A DNA stretch of 64,000 nucleotides from an uncultured Nitrospiraceae bacterium (lineage in GTDB: Bacteria > Nitrospirota > Nitrospiria > Nitrospirales > Nitrospiraceae), in assembly GCA_963706325.1 (NCBI GenBank), contig CAVPLT010000004.1, positions 864,001-928,000 of the forward strand. Direction: 5' to 3'. The notes under the pieces were generated by a model. That model did no database searches. It saw only the letters and a list, made by a program, of their open reading frames with translations, and was not told where the DNA came from. The position numbers were made by a program, and so were the translations under genes. Positions 18,772-28,933 of this stretch are shown in pieces. The number at the start of each line of letters is the position of its first letter. Positions within the stretch are counted from its first letter, which is position 1.

Positions 18772-19272
18772 TCAGGAGGCGCGTTTCGATGCAGTGGACC
18801 GTTCAACGCGTATAGTGCCCGTCGGTGTCATTGCCCCTTGTGGATCATCCGCATCCAGCCAGACATTGAAACGAACGGTGGCGGCTTTCGAGAAACAGAG
18901 ACTGACGTACCCGAGCGGAGCGATCGTGACGGTATCCTGCACGACCCCGAGTTGCGAGAATCCCTTGTTACAAGCGAACAATTCGGACCCATGATCCTCA
19001 AGCATCCGCAAACGGACCGCGTGTTGATTGAGATTCTGCCAGCGGACTTCGTCCCCAACTTGTACAATCAGGTGACGCGGGGCAACATCCGTTCTGATAT
19101 TAAAATAGCGTATCGAGCCGGTGAGCCGAGGAGCGGGTTTAGAACTGCAACCTGCATGGAGGTCGAACGCAAGCAGAATCAGAAGGAGGAGCAGGGGGCG
19201 ACGCATGGGCGATCCTACAAAATGCCATCCCGCGGCGACTACTAGGATGGTGCCCAGGGGCTGGAGAGACAA
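18772..19272 (-). CDS. Cupredoxin-like lipoprotein, paralogue of 12389-12826 (start likely at MRRPLL)
   Basis: HAGC lipobox; motifs PRHLIVQVGDEVRWQN, CNKGF and LCFSKAATVRFNV. Confidence 0.7.
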   Translation of the reverse strand: MSLQPLGTILVVAAGWHFVGSPMRRPLLLLLILLAFDLHAGCSSKPAPRLTGSIRYFNIRTDVAPRHLIVQVGDEVRWQNLNQHAVRLRMLEDHGSELFACNKGFSQLGVVQDTVTIAPLGYVSLCFSKAATVRFNVWLDADDPQGAMTPTGTIRVERSTASKRAS

Positions 19273-19346
19273 AGGCCCCAGTCAACCAAGCCGTTCAGAC
19301 CGCGTTTAAAGGAGAGCGCTTCGGCTTCTTTGAAGTTAACCCGAAT

Positions 19347-20675
19347 ATGAGTCTCACATTCGGCGATGCCCGGCATTTCCTGTCTCGTACCGGATTCGGC
19401 GCGACCCCGGACGAAATTCGATCGCTCATGCGTCTGGATCGCAGCGCAGCCGTTTCGCAGGCTCTCACCGTTCCCATTCACAAGGCGCGAACCCCAGCTC
19501 CACCATGGGCAGACCACCTCCCGCCGTTACCGAAGGAGCGCAAACACTGGAGCGAGTCGGTGCGCAAGGCGTTTCGTGAAGCGCGAAAGGTCGAGGGCCA
19601 GGAACTGAAGGCATGGTGGTATCGGGAATTGCTGAGTACAGGCAGTCCCCTGCTGGAGCGCATGACTTTATTCTGGCATAACCACTTTACCTCGAGTCTA
19701 CACAAGGTGAAGTGGCCCCCGTTTCTGTACCAACAAAATGTGTTGTTCAGGATTCACGCGCTCGGATCATTCCGAACACTCCTGCATGCTGTGGCGAAGA
19801 ATCCTGCCATGTTGCTCTATCTCGATACGCAAACCAATCAGAAGGAACGCCCAAACGAAAATTTCGCCCGTGAACTATTCGAGCTGTTCACGCTTGGGGA
19901 AGGCCACTATACCGAGACTGACATCAAGCAGGCGGCACGAGCCTTTACCGGCTGGCATCTCGATCATCGCACAGGCGCATTCCGAGTCGAGCAGCGGAGG
20001 CATGATGACGGGCGAAAAGTGGTCTTCGGCCAGTCTGGATATTTTGACGGGGACGACATCATCTCACTTACGCTGGATCAGCCTCAGGTGGCCCGTCATG
20101 TAGTGGGGAAGTTGTGGCGTGAATTTATTTCGGACGAGCCAGACGCGGTGGAGGTCGACCACCTCGCCGTCTCATTCAGGCAGAAGAAATACAATATTGC
20201 CGCACTTCTGGCTGACCTCTTTCTGACCCCGCACTTTTGGGCATCTGAGCAGCGTGGTTGCTTGGTCAAGTCTCCGGTGGAACTGATGGTGGGAACGGCT
20301 CGACTGTTCAATCTGGTGAACGAACCACCGCTGCAGCTTATTCGTTACGGGCGGCGGCTTGGACAGGATTTATTTGATCCCCCCAATGTGAAAGGGTGGC
20401 CAGGCGGCACGCGCTGGATCACCACTGCGACGCTGCTGGATCGAACGCAGATGCTTCATCGCGCAATCCGCGGGCACGAGACGGGTCATGCCACGGAGCA
20501 GGGAATGGTGGGCATGGCTCACGCACAAGGCGCGAGATGGCTGGCCACAGAGCCGCTCGACATTGTCGAGGCGACGCTGCTATCCCTAGCGCCCGTGCGG
20601 CCTCTCGACTCAGGCGAGGACCGAATCCAGGTCGTTCGCCAATGTGTCCTCGATCCGGTCTATCAACTCAAGTGA
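19347..20675 (+). CDS. DUF1800 family protein
   Basis: HFLSRTGFG, LERMTLFWHNHF, PAMLLYLD, PNENFARELFELFTLG, A.AFTGW, and PPNVKGW. Confidence 0.92.
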   Translation: MSLTFGDARHFLSRTGFGATPDEIRSLMRLDRSAAVSQALTVPIHKARTPAPPWADHLPPLPKERKHWSESVRKAFREARKVEGQELKAWWYRELLSTGSPLLERMTLFWHNHFTSSLHKVKWPPFLYQQNVLFRIHALGSFRTLLHAVAKNPAMLLYLDTQTNQKERPNENFARELFELFTLGEGHYTETDIKQAARAFTGWHLDHRTGAFRVEQRRHDDGRKVVFGQSGYFDGDDIISLTLDQPQVARHVVGKLWREFISDEPDAVEVDHLAVSFRQKKYNIAALLADLFLTPHFWASEQRGCLVKSPVELMVGTARLFNLVNEPPLQLIRYGRRLGQDLFDPPNVKGWPGGTRWITTATLLDRTQMLHRAIRGHETGHATEQGMVGMAHAQGARWLATEPLDIVEATLLSLAPVRPLDSGEDRIQVVRQCVLDPVYQLK

Positions 20676-20682
20676 GGTCGTG

Positions 20683-21894
20683 ATGATCGTGCATGGATTG
20701 CAGCGACGAGAGTTGCTCAAAGCCGCTGCGGCCCTGCCGCTGGTTCTATTGCGCCCGCTCTGGCTGGATCAGATTTGGGCGGCACCTGCCAATGAGGCCT
20801 CCGGAGAGCGACCCGAGAGAGGACGCATACTGGTCCTGCTCGAACTCCATGGCGGCAACGATGGGCTCAACACCTTCGTGCCCTTCGGTGATGGCGCTTA
20901 CTATCAAGCTCGGCCGCAATTGGCCATTCCACGCGCACAGGTCCGTCAGCTGACGCAGAAGTTTGGATTCCATCCGGCATTAACGCCGCTAATGCCACTG
21001 TGGGAGGGCAAGGAGCTGGCATTGATCAGCGGGGTAGGGTATGCCATCCCGAATCGTTCGCATTTCAGGTCGATCGAAATTTGGGAAACCGGCTCGGACA
21101 GCGAGGAGCTCGTGGATCAAGGATGGCTGTCGAGTGTCTTTGAACAATTCCCATTGCCTTCGACATTCACCGGGGAGGGCGTTCTTCTCGGCAAAGGGGA
21201 TACTGGTCCGTTAAGTGGCGTGAGGACACGCGCCATTTCATTGCACGATCCGGAGCAGTTTCTCCGGCAAGCTGGGTCGAGAAGATCCAACTCTATTCAG
21301 ACCACGAACCGCGCGCTGGTTCATATTCTTAACGTGCAGCGTGATCTATCCATTGCGGCGGAAGACCTTCATGGGCGCATCGAGCCAGGAACGCAACTGG
21401 GGGTCGAGTTTCCAGCGAGCAATATCGGCAAACAGCTCGAGGTGGCTGCCAAGCTGATCGCGGCGCATGTTCCTGTCGCTGTCATCAAAGTAACTCAGGG
21501 AAGCTTCGACACCCATGCCGGACAATTACCGGCGCATCATCGTTTATTAAACGAGCTGGCGCAGGCGTTGACGGCTTTTCAGATAGCCCTCCAGAAACAA
21601 GACGCTTGGAACGATGTACTGGTGATGACCTATTCCGAATTCGGCCGCCGCGTAGGAGAGAATGCCAGTCATGGAACCGATCATGGCACGGCGGCACCGC
21701 ATCTGCTCATGGGAGGCCGAGTGAAAGGGGGTCTGTATGGTGTGCCGCCGTCGCTCACGGACCTTCAGGATGGCGATCTCAAATACACGATCGACTATCG
21801 CAGTCTGTATGCGACCGTGATTCAAAAATGGTGGAGGTTGCCCCCGGTTGCCTTCGGCAAGGGGGGATATCCGGCCATCGATTGTCTGGGTTGA
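20683..21894 (+). CDS. DUF1501 family protein (Tat-exported)
   Basis: QRRELLK twin-arginine signal; GGNDGLNT, PNRSHF, FDTH, and SEFGRRV.EN...GTDHG. Confidence 0.92.
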   Translation: MIVHGLQRRELLKAAAALPLVLLRPLWLDQIWAAPANEASGERPERGRILVLLELHGGNDGLNTFVPFGDGAYYQARPQLAIPRAQVRQLTQKFGFHPALTPLMPLWEGKELALISGVGYAIPNRSHFRSIEIWETGSDSEELVDQGWLSSVFEQFPLPSTFTGEGVLLGKGDTGPLSGVRTRAISLHDPEQFLRQAGSRRSNSIQTTNRALVHILNVQRDLSIAAEDLHGRIEPGTQLGVEFPASNIGKQLEVAAKLIAAHVPVAVIKVTQGSFDTHAGQLPAHHRLLNELAQALTAFQIALQKQDAWNDVLVMTYSEFGRRVGENASHGTDHGTAAPHLLMGGRVKGGLYGVPPSLTDLQDGDLKYTIDYRSLYATVIQKWWRLPPVAFGKGGYPAIDCLG

Positions 21895-22002
21895 TCGGTT
21901 GTCTTGTGATCGATGGGGGAGAGAGCGCGGGAAAACCCAGACAGGCATTGATTTCACCGACGTTTTTTCCTATGCTACGCCCGTCTGAAAGGAAGGTGAG
22001 GC

Positions 22003-22368
22003 ATGAAGGGGTGTTCATTACAGCGGATAGTCGGAGCCGGCGCTCTGCTGCTGCTTATCCTGGTGGTCGGTCTCGGTGCGCCTTCAGCGGCGGAAGAACT
22101 AGGCTTCGACGGATCTCCGTCGCGGGTCACGGCGACCGCGAGTGAAAAAGATGTTTCGCCGCAGACTCAGGCTCCTGTCATGTCGTCTCCCCCGCTGCTG
22201 TTGGCTGAAGGCTCCAATTCCTGTGAAATTGTGTCTTGCGGGATGGGGATTAAGCAGACCTGCCAGATCACGTGCCCTGCCGGTAAGACCCCGAAATGCA
22301 GTTGCGACTGCGAGAGAAGTTTCGGCCCCATGTGTATGGACTATAAGGCCAACTGCCGCTGCGAATAG
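22003..22368 (+). CDS. Secreted protein with a Cys-rich C-terminal domain
   Basis: Signal peptide; 10 Cys in the last ~48 aa; AAGGTGAGG SD. Confidence 0.7.
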   Translation: MKGCSLQRIVGAGALLLLILVVGLGAPSAAEELGFDGSPSRVTATASEKDVSPQTQAPVMSSPPLLLAEGSNSCEIVSCGMGIKQTCQITCPAGKTPKCSCDCERSFGPMCMDYKANCRCE

Positions 22369-22384
22369 CCTGGGAGAACCGCGA

Positions 22385-22585
22385 TTAATTATCGTCTGAA
22401 GAAAATGATTCCGGTTCCCCTACCGTCCAGCTCGTTCCTGCTACACGATAACGCTCACTAGCCCAGGCTCCCAGGTCAATGACTTGGCAGCGCTCAGAGC
22501 AGAATGGACGCCAGGGGTTGTCTTGCCAAGTCGTCGGCATGTGACATTCAGGGCAACGGATTGTGGAAGGCGGCGTAGGTGACAA
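22385..22585 (-). CDS. yacG: DNA gyrase inhibitor YacG
   Basis: CPEC...[24 protein letters not shown]. Confidence 0.93.
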   Translation of the reverse strand: MSPTPPSTIRCPECHMPTTWQDNPWRPFCSERCQVIDLGAWASERYRVAGTSWTVGEPESFSSDDN

Positions 22586-22615
22586 GCTGTATACGTCTGT
22601 CCAGAGGTGTGACTG

Positions 22616-23290
22616 TCACTCTACCACTCTCGTGCCGAAGGCGGCAAACAACTCACCCGTGAGATAGGGTGTCTGCTCTCCGTCCCGCCAGTGTTTCCGT
22701 CGCAAATAGTCATTCACCACGCGCCCGTCGGTGCTCCGATGGGCATGGGGATGGGCCACGTTCATGCGATATCGTTCAATCGCGCCCGCCACTCGGCTGA
22801 TGAACACAACGGTGCCGTCCGTCTCCACTGCCTCGACGATACCCACATGGGTCAAGGGATCGTTGAGACGGCCATCTCCATTGAAATCCCACGTATTGTC
22901 AAAAAATACGAGATCGCCGGCGCGTACGACTGGACCACGGTGGAGCTGTCCATGGGTGCGAACATGATTGTAGATGAGGCGTACGCCGTTGGATGCGCTG
23001 TCTATCGCGCCTCCCTCATAGAGATCGATTCCATGGGCGAGGTAAATGGCTCGAGTTACGCCGGCGCAATCGTAAGCAATGCGGCGTCCATTGCTCTCGA
23101 TCGTGCGTGCGCCGACGAGGTTGACCGCCGTGCGAACGATGGCTTGTTGACGAGTATCGGCCTGAGTGGTGCGGCAGCAACCAGGTATGGGTGTGACGGT
23201 CGAACGGTTGCCTTGTGAGGAAGGAGCGACGCAGGCCGTGAGCGTAACGGCAAGGGTGAGGCTAGTGAGCGTGCGAGATAAGATCGGCAT
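22616..23290 (-). CDS. NlpC/P60 (CHAP-like) lipoprotein
   Basis: LTAC lipobox; YDCAG, GDLVFF and THVGIV motifs. Confidence 0.85.
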   Translation of the reverse strand: MPILSRTLTSLTLAVTLTACVAPSSQGNRSTVTPIPGCCRTTQADTRQQAIVRTAVNLVGARTIESNGRRIAYDCAGVTRAIYLAHGIDLYEGGAIDSASNGVRLIYNHVRTHGQLHRGPVVRAGDLVFFDNTWDFNGDGRLNDPLTHVGIVEAVETDGTVVFISRVAGAIERYRMNVAHPHAHRSTDGRVVNDYLRRKHWRDGEQTPYLTGELFAAFGTRVVE

Positions 23291-23352
23291 ACTCGTGTAA
23301 GTATACCTGGTCCTCAGAATCGTGAAACGCGGCGGCCCACCGGCAGGATTTT

Positions 23353-25005
23353 TTAGGCCCCCGCGCTGGAGAAGACTTGCTTGATCAAGACCTGCGCGTC
23401 ATCTTGAATACGTCGGAGGTGAGCCGGGCCGTTGAAACTTTCCGCGTACAGTTTGTAGACATCTTCGGTTCCGCTCGGGCGCGCGGCAAACCATCCGTTT
23501 GCCGTGGTGACCTTGAGCCCACCGATAGAGGCCTTGTTTCCGGGCGCTTCCGTCAACATGGCCGTGATCGATTCCCCGGCAAGCTCCCGACTCTGCACTT
23601 GCTGCGGGGAGAACTTTTGAAGGGCGGCTTTCTGCGCCCTCGTAGCCGGCGCATCGATGCGTTCGTAGACCGGCTCTCCCAGTCGGGCGGTCAGTTCGCC
23701 ATAGAGCTGGGCCGGATCTTTCCCGGTTACGGCCAGCATTTCCGCCGCGAGAAGATCCATGATGATGCCGTCCTTATCGGTCACCCAGGTGGTCCCGTCA
23801 TGACGGAGAAATGCCGCGCCCGCGCTTTCCTCCCCGCCAAACCCCAATGAACCATCACTGAGCCCCGGTACGAACCATTTGAATCCCACCGGCACCTCAA
23901 CCAGACGACGGCGGAGGTCATTGGCCACACGGTCGATCATGCTGCTGCTGACGATGGTCTTGCCGATACCGGCGGTCGCTTTCCAGCCTGGGCGATGGGT
24001 GATCAGATAGGCGATGGCGGATGCGAGGTAGTGATTGGGGTTCATCAAGCCGGCGCCGGGTGTCACGATGCCGTGGCGATCCGTGTCCGTGTCATTGCCA
24101 AAGGCAAGGTCGAACCGGTCCTTCAGTTTTATCAACGAAGCCATGGCATAGGGCGAGGAACAATCCATGCGGATTTTTCCGTCCCAATCGAGTGTCATGA
24201 AACCAAAGGTCGGGTCGACCTTTTCATTGACGATCTGGATGTCCAGGCCATAACGCTCCGCCAGGGGACGCCAGTAGGCTACGGCCGCTCCGCCCAGAGG
24301 ATCGACAGCGAGACGCAGCTTCGCCGCCTTGATGCGATCAAGATCGACCACATTGATCAGGTCCGCCAGATAAGTTCCGACAAAATCATACCGCTCCGTG
24401 GAAGAGGCCTTCAACGCCTGTTCATGGGATACACGCTTCACGCTTCGCAACTTGGCGGTCAGGAGTTCGTTGGCTCGATTCTCGATGATTTTCGTGACAT
24501 CGGTGTCCGCCGGCCCACCATGCGGCGGGTTATATTTGAAACCGCCATCTTCCGGAGGATTGTGCGACGGAGTGATGATGATGGCATCAGCAAGGCCGGA
24601 TGTCCGTCCTCGATTAAAAGTGAGAATAGCGTGGGACATCACCGGCGTGGGGGTATAGCCATCGTTCTGATCCATGCGGGCATGGACCTGATTCGCAGCC
24701 AACACTTCAAGTGCGGTGCGTTGGGCCGGTTCGGAAAGCGCATGGGTGTCCTTGCCGATGAAGAGGGGACCGGTGGTGCCGGCTGACTGCCGGTATTCGC
24801 AGATGGCCTGTGTGATGGCGAGGATATGAGACTCGTTGAAGGAATGGCGCAATGATGAGCCGCGATGACCACTGGTGCCGAAGCTCACGCGCTGTTGAGG
24901 ATCGGACGGATCCGGCGTGGCTGAGTAGTAAGCCTGTTCGAGTTGTACGAGATCGACGAGCTGTTCCGGCTTTGCCGGTAGTCCGGCCTGTGGATGGAGA
25001 GGCAT
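23353..25005 (-). CDS. pgm: Phosphoglucomutase (alpha-D-glucose phosphate-specific)
   Basis: [28 protein letters not shown] and RPSGTE. Confidence 0.97.
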   Translation of the reverse strand: MPLHPQAGLPAKPEQLVDLVQLEQAYYSATPDPSDPQQRVSFGTSGHRGSSLRHSFNESHILAITQAICEYRQSAGTTGPLFIGKDTHALSEPAQRTALEVLAANQVHARMDQNDGYTPTPVMSHAILTFNRGRTSGLADAIIITPSHNPPEDGGFKYNPPHGGPADTDVTKIIENRANELLTAKLRSVKRVSHEQALKASSTERYDFVGTYLADLINVVDLDRIKAAKLRLAVDPLGGAAVAYWRPLAERYGLDIQIVNEKVDPTFGFMTLDWDGKIRMDCSSPYAMASLIKLKDRFDLAFGNDTDTDRHGIVTPGAGLMNPNHYLASAIAYLITHRPGWKATAGIGKTIVSSSMIDRVANDLRRRLVEVPVGFKWFVPGLSDGSLGFGGEESAGAAFLRHDGTTWVTDKDGIIMDLLAAEMLAVTGKDPAQLYGELTARLGEPVYERIDAPATRAQKAALQKFSPQQVQSRELAGESITAMLTEAPGNKASIGGLKVTTANGWFAARPSGTEDVYKLYAESFNGPAHLRRIQDDAQVLIKQVFSSAGA

Positions 25006-25162
25006 GGGCTCCTCGAGGGGACGTTATGAATTGTGAATGCTGGGTTCCGGTTTCACCGAGCGCTCAGTATATACAGGTCGATGATCAATGTCAGGCCGGC
25101 TCGCTTGCGTGCTCCTTTGCGCGGGTGTTAAGATTCGATCACGTGAAGGAGAGGGATTGAGT

Positions 25163-25429
25163 ATGCCGAACGTTACGTTGCTACACTCACCGACCTGTGG
25201 CGCCTGTCCATCGGCAAAACGCGTATGGAAGGAGCTCAGGGTGAAGTATAGCTTTAGCTATCGAGAAGTCGACATCACCACCACGGATGGTCAGGAATTG
25301 GCCAATCGGCATTCAGTCCGAGCTGTGCCGGCGACCATTATCGATGGACGATTGACTTTTGTAGGTGTCCCACCGCGCGAGAGCGCTGAGAAAGCGTTGC
25401 AGCTGAAAATGCGACCGCAGGGCGCTTAA
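25163..25429 (+). CDS. Thioredoxin/glutaredoxin-like protein
   Basis: CGAC active site and the cis-Pro motif VPA; GGAG SD. Confidence 0.85.
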   Translation: MPNVTLLHSPTCGACPSAKRVWKELRVKYSFSYREVDITTTDGQELANRHSVRAVPATIIDGRLTFVGVPPRESAEKALQLKMRPQGA

Positions 25430-25442
25430 GAGTAGGAGTGTA

Positions 25443-25610
25443 ATGACGGTTCCAGATGAGGATGACTTCGAATTGCCGGACCTTCTTCCCTTGATGGGTA
25501 AAGGGCCTCCCCCTGAATGCGGCACCTGCGGCGAGCCGATGAAGTTTATCGATGGGGATTGGTCTTGCATCGATTGCAATGGAGAACTGCTGGGCCCGGA
25601 AACCGGCTAA
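25443..25610 (+). CDS. Small zinc-ribbon protein (55 aa), not in the ORF track
   Basis: AGGAG SD; MTVPDEDDFELPDLLPLMGKGPPPECGTCGEPMKFIDGDWSCIDCNGELLGPETG*, with two CxxC pairs. Confidence 0.75.
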   Translation: MTVPDEDDFELPDLLPLMGKGPPPECGTCGEPMKFIDGDWSCIDCNGELLGPETG

Positions 25611-25702
25611 CCACGGTCATGTAGAGTCCTGCATGATTGATGAGGAACGGTGTCGTGCGGATCATTAAACATGCGCTATTGATCACTCCTCATTCGGTGT
25701 AG

Positions 25703-28700
25703 ATGCTTCGTCTTGTCACCGGACCGTTTCATCCCACCCTCGAAACCGCACTTGTCGATGATCTGCGATCCCTGAAAACGCTCGATCCGCTCGGCGGTGT
25801 CGCGCTCGTCGTGCCATCCGATGAGCTTCGCCGTTCTCTGAAGCGCCTCCTAGCGGTGACTCATGGCCTGTCGCTGCTCAACGTGCACATCCTTTCATTC
25901 CATCAACTCGCGCTGCACCTTGACCGTGAGCGCATTCTTAACGGACGGTCCTGCGACAGGGCGCGCAGGATCGATCTGGTCACGGATGTGTTTTTTGAGC
26001 ACCTGCTTCAGCTATTGAGCCAGCGTCACGTTCCGCAGACGGAGGCGCTTCGCTTGTCGCAGCTGGCGCCGGGAGCGTGGGCAGCCCTGTGGGCGAGCTT
26101 GCGTGACCTGAAGGATGCGACCGTTGATCCCGCGGTGGCGCTTCGTGCCGTGGATGAGAAACAGTTCACGACAGAGGACAGTGAAAAGCTCAAGGGATTA
26201 TTTACCTTATATGCCGCACTTCGGGAAAGCCGATCCGCGCTCGGGGTAGGGTCTCCTGATGACTTGGCCGCTCTCGTTACAGAAATGGTCGCAGCTTCGC
26301 CGTTTCTGGGCGGTCTCACGCGGCTCTGCTATTACGGTTCCTATGACCTGACGCAGACCCAATTAACGCTGTTAGAAAAGCTGGCAGCAACTGTGGCGGT
26401 GACAGTCTATTTTCCACAGGCTACGCATCCGGCCTATGAGTTTGCCCGCCAATTTCTGGAGCGCTATCTTTATCCGCTCGCCGGTGGTTCGAAAAACGCT
26501 CCACTCGCGTCTTCGGACGAGACCCTTTCCTCTCTCAATCACAAATCAAAAGTATCTGTTGAAGTACGAAGCGCCGCCGGCGTGGATGACGAATTGGCTC
26601 TTGTGTGCAAACAAATCCTTTCGCTGGTGGAAACTCACGGATATCGCTTCGGCGAGATCGGTGTGGTAGGGCGAACGCTCGTGCCATACCAAGCAATACT
26701 GCGGCGGACCATGGACCAACATCGGATTCCATTCGTCTCCAGCGCGAACCTGCCGCTCTTGCAGGAGCCGGCGACCAAGACGCTGCTCCATCTCGCACAA
26801 CTGAAGGGGAACGGTCTCTACTGGCCGGCCATGCTGGAAGTCTTGACCTCGCCCTGGAACCGCGGCGTCAGACACAATACCGAACATATTGAACCGCGGC
26901 CGGACCTGTGGCGTGTGGCGGTACGGGCGTTGGGTATCACCAGAGGCGAGGGGGAATGGAGACGGCTGGCGCGCCTGAGCCGTTTGGATGCTTCGACCCC
27001 GGACAGCGCGGAGCAATTCACGGAGAACATGGGTGGGATATCCATCGATGGTGGACAACTGCGCCTGCTGTGGAACGCTGTGTCACAGTTGATCAACGAT
27101 GTGAATGGTCTTCCCGGCGAGGGTGGCTACGGCGAGCTGACGGATGCCTTTCTAGCCCTGGCGGAGAAACATTTGACTATGGGCTTGGAAACCACTCAAT
27201 CGGGTGATCCCATGTCGCGTGGGGACGACGCGGGAGACGCGAGTGAGGCGCTCTCAACGGTCTTCATGCAACTGCGATCACTGGATCGACTGGCGCTCGA
27301 CATCACGTGGGACCAATGGACCGAGACCTTCGCACAACTACTGGAACGGACGACCTATGCGGTAGCGACCCCTTCCCATGACGGCGTGCAGGTACTCGAT
27401 GCCATGGCCGCGCGTGGTTTGGGCTTCCGGGCTCTCTTTATGGTCGGACTGAACGAAAAAGCATTCCCCCGCTTTATTCACGAAGACGGATTTCTCCGGG
27501 ACCGGCACCGGCTGATCCTCAGTGAAACCCTCGGCTACAAAATTGATCAAAAGCTTCAAGGATATGCCGAGGAAGCCCTGCTGTTCGAATTGCTACGCTC
27601 GTCTGCGACTGAGCGTTTGTATCTCTCTTATCAACGCGCGGATACCGATGGTCGTCCACTTGCTCCCTCGGCCTATCTGGATACCATGGGAGCCCTTGCG
27701 GGGCAGCCCAATCCCGGCGCAGTGTTTGCCTTGCCGCGTCGATGGCCGGATCGGGCAGGCCTCGCGCTATTTGCACCGCCGCTGCTAACTCGCGAGGAAC
27801 TTACGGTCAGCACGGTACTGCAGGGACGAGACGTGTCCGAGTTAATGGAAGTAGTCGGGCGCGATGGGCAATTATTTTCCCATGGCCTGGCGGCGCAAGG
27901 GGCGATAGAAAGCGCTCAACCGAGATTGAATGCGTTCGACGGTATCCTCGAACATCCGACCGCTGACTGGGACCTCCTGAGTCGGCGCGGTTTCTCGCCG
28001 ACCGCGCTGGAATCCTATGCGCGTTGCCCGTTCCAGTATTTTGCCGATGAGGTGCTCAAGCTGGAATCCGTGCGCCAGGCGCCTTCCATGAAAGTGTCCC
28101 CCCCTGCGATGGGGCAGCTATGCCATGAAGCGTTGCGTCACTGCTATCGTGCTCTGATCCGGCAGGGTTGGCCGGAAGCGTTGCCGCCCAGGGGCATCGT
28201 CGCTGAGGAGGTGAGTCGAGCAGTGGCTCAAGCTTGTGCCGCCTACGGCACGACGCATGGAACCGGCTATGCCGTGACGTGGCAACTGGCGCAGGAACAG
28301 ATCCACCGTATCGTATCCCTCACAGTGGCATTCGATCGCGAGGAGGCCATGACCTCAGGGTTTCTTCCGGTGGAATTTGAAATCGATGCCAAGGGAACGT
28401 TGCCGTATCGGGCGGATTTGGATCCCGTGCCGATTCGTGGACGATGGGATCGTGTTGATCGTCATCCGGTTTCAAAGGCTCTACGAGTCATCGACTATAA
28501 GTACCGGGCCAATGACCAGGTTGAGGTCAAGGATCGAAATCTCGTTCAGTCCGCCTTCCGAGGCTCGCGTCTGCAACCGGCGCTGTATACCTTGATGACG
28601 GCCACGTTGCCTGGTGAATCGCAAGATTCCCTGCCCGAGCAGGTCGACTTCCTGTATCTATTGCCTCGCGCCACGCCAAGCGTCGAACGCGCCTCATTTC

Positions 28701-28933
28701 CAGCAAAGGCGTGGCAGGGCTCTGCCGGGCCGATGCTGAATAGGACACTGCAAGTGTTGGTCGAGGGCGTGCGTGATGGTCACCATGTCATCGTTCCGGA
28801 TGCCTACTGCGCGCACTGCGATTTTTCTACCGCCTGCCGCCGGACGCATCAGCCGAGCTGGTGGCGCGCCTATCGTTCTTCGCAGGCCGGACTCTTGCGA
28901 AGCCTGCGGTCGCTGAAGGTCCCGCGTGACTGA
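25703..28933 (+). CDS. addB: AddB-like subunit (inactive helicase fold + PD-(D/E)xK nuclease with Fe-S staple)
   Basis: Degenerate Walker A; ARGLGF..LF.VGLNE..FP; SPTALE.Y..CPFQYF; RGRWDRVD..VIDYK; LQ..LY; CAHCDFSTAC. Confidence 0.85.
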   Translation: MLRLVTGPFHPTLETALVDDLRSLKTLDPLGGVALVVPSDELRRSLKRLLAVTHGLSLLNVHILSFHQLALHLDRERILNGRSCDRARRIDLVTDVFFEHLLQLLSQRHVPQTEALRLSQLAPGAWAALWASLRDLKDATVDPAVALRAVDEKQFTTEDSEKLKGLFTLYAALRESRSALGVGSPDDLAALVTEMVAASPFLGGLTRLCYYGSYDLTQTQLTLLEKLAATVAVTVYFPQATHPAYEFARQFLERYLYPLAGGSKNAPLASSDETLSSLNHKSKVSVEVRSAAGVDDELALVCKQILSLVETHGYRFGEIGVVGRTLVPYQAILRRTMDQHRIPFVSSANLPLLQEPATKTLLHLAQLKGNGLYWPAMLEVLTSPWNRGVRHNTEHIEPRPDLWRVAVRALGITRGEGEWRRLARLSRLDASTPDSAEQFTENMGGISIDGGQLRLLWNAVSQLINDVNGLPGEGGYGELTDAFLALAEKHLTMGLETTQSGDPMSRGDDAGDASEALSTVFMQLRSLDRLALDITWDQWTETFAQLLERTTYAVATPSHDGVQVLDAMAARGLGFRALFMVGLNEKAFPRFIHEDGFLRDRHRLILSETLGYKIDQKLQGYAEEALLFELLRSSATERLYLSYQRADTDGRPLAPSAYLDTMGALAGQPNPGAVFALPRRWPDRAGLALFAPPLLTREELTVSTVLQGRDVSELMEVVGRDGQLFSHGLAAQGAIESAQPRLNAFDGILEHPTADWDLLSRRGFSPTALESYARCPFQYFADEVLKLESVRQAPSMKVSPPAMGQLCHEALRHCYRALIRQGWPEALPPRGIVAEEVSRAVAQACAAYGTTHGTGYAVTWQLAQEQIHRIVSLTVAFDREEAMTSGFLPVEFEIDAKGTLPYRADLDPVPIRGRWDRVDRHPVSKALRVIDYKYRANDQVEVKDRNLVQSAFRGSRLQPALYTLMTATLPGESQDSLPEQVDFLYLLPRATPSVERASFPAKAWQGSAGPMLNRTLQVLVEGVRDGHHVIVPDAYCAHCDFSTACRRTHQPSWWRAYRSSQAGLLRSLRSLKVPRD

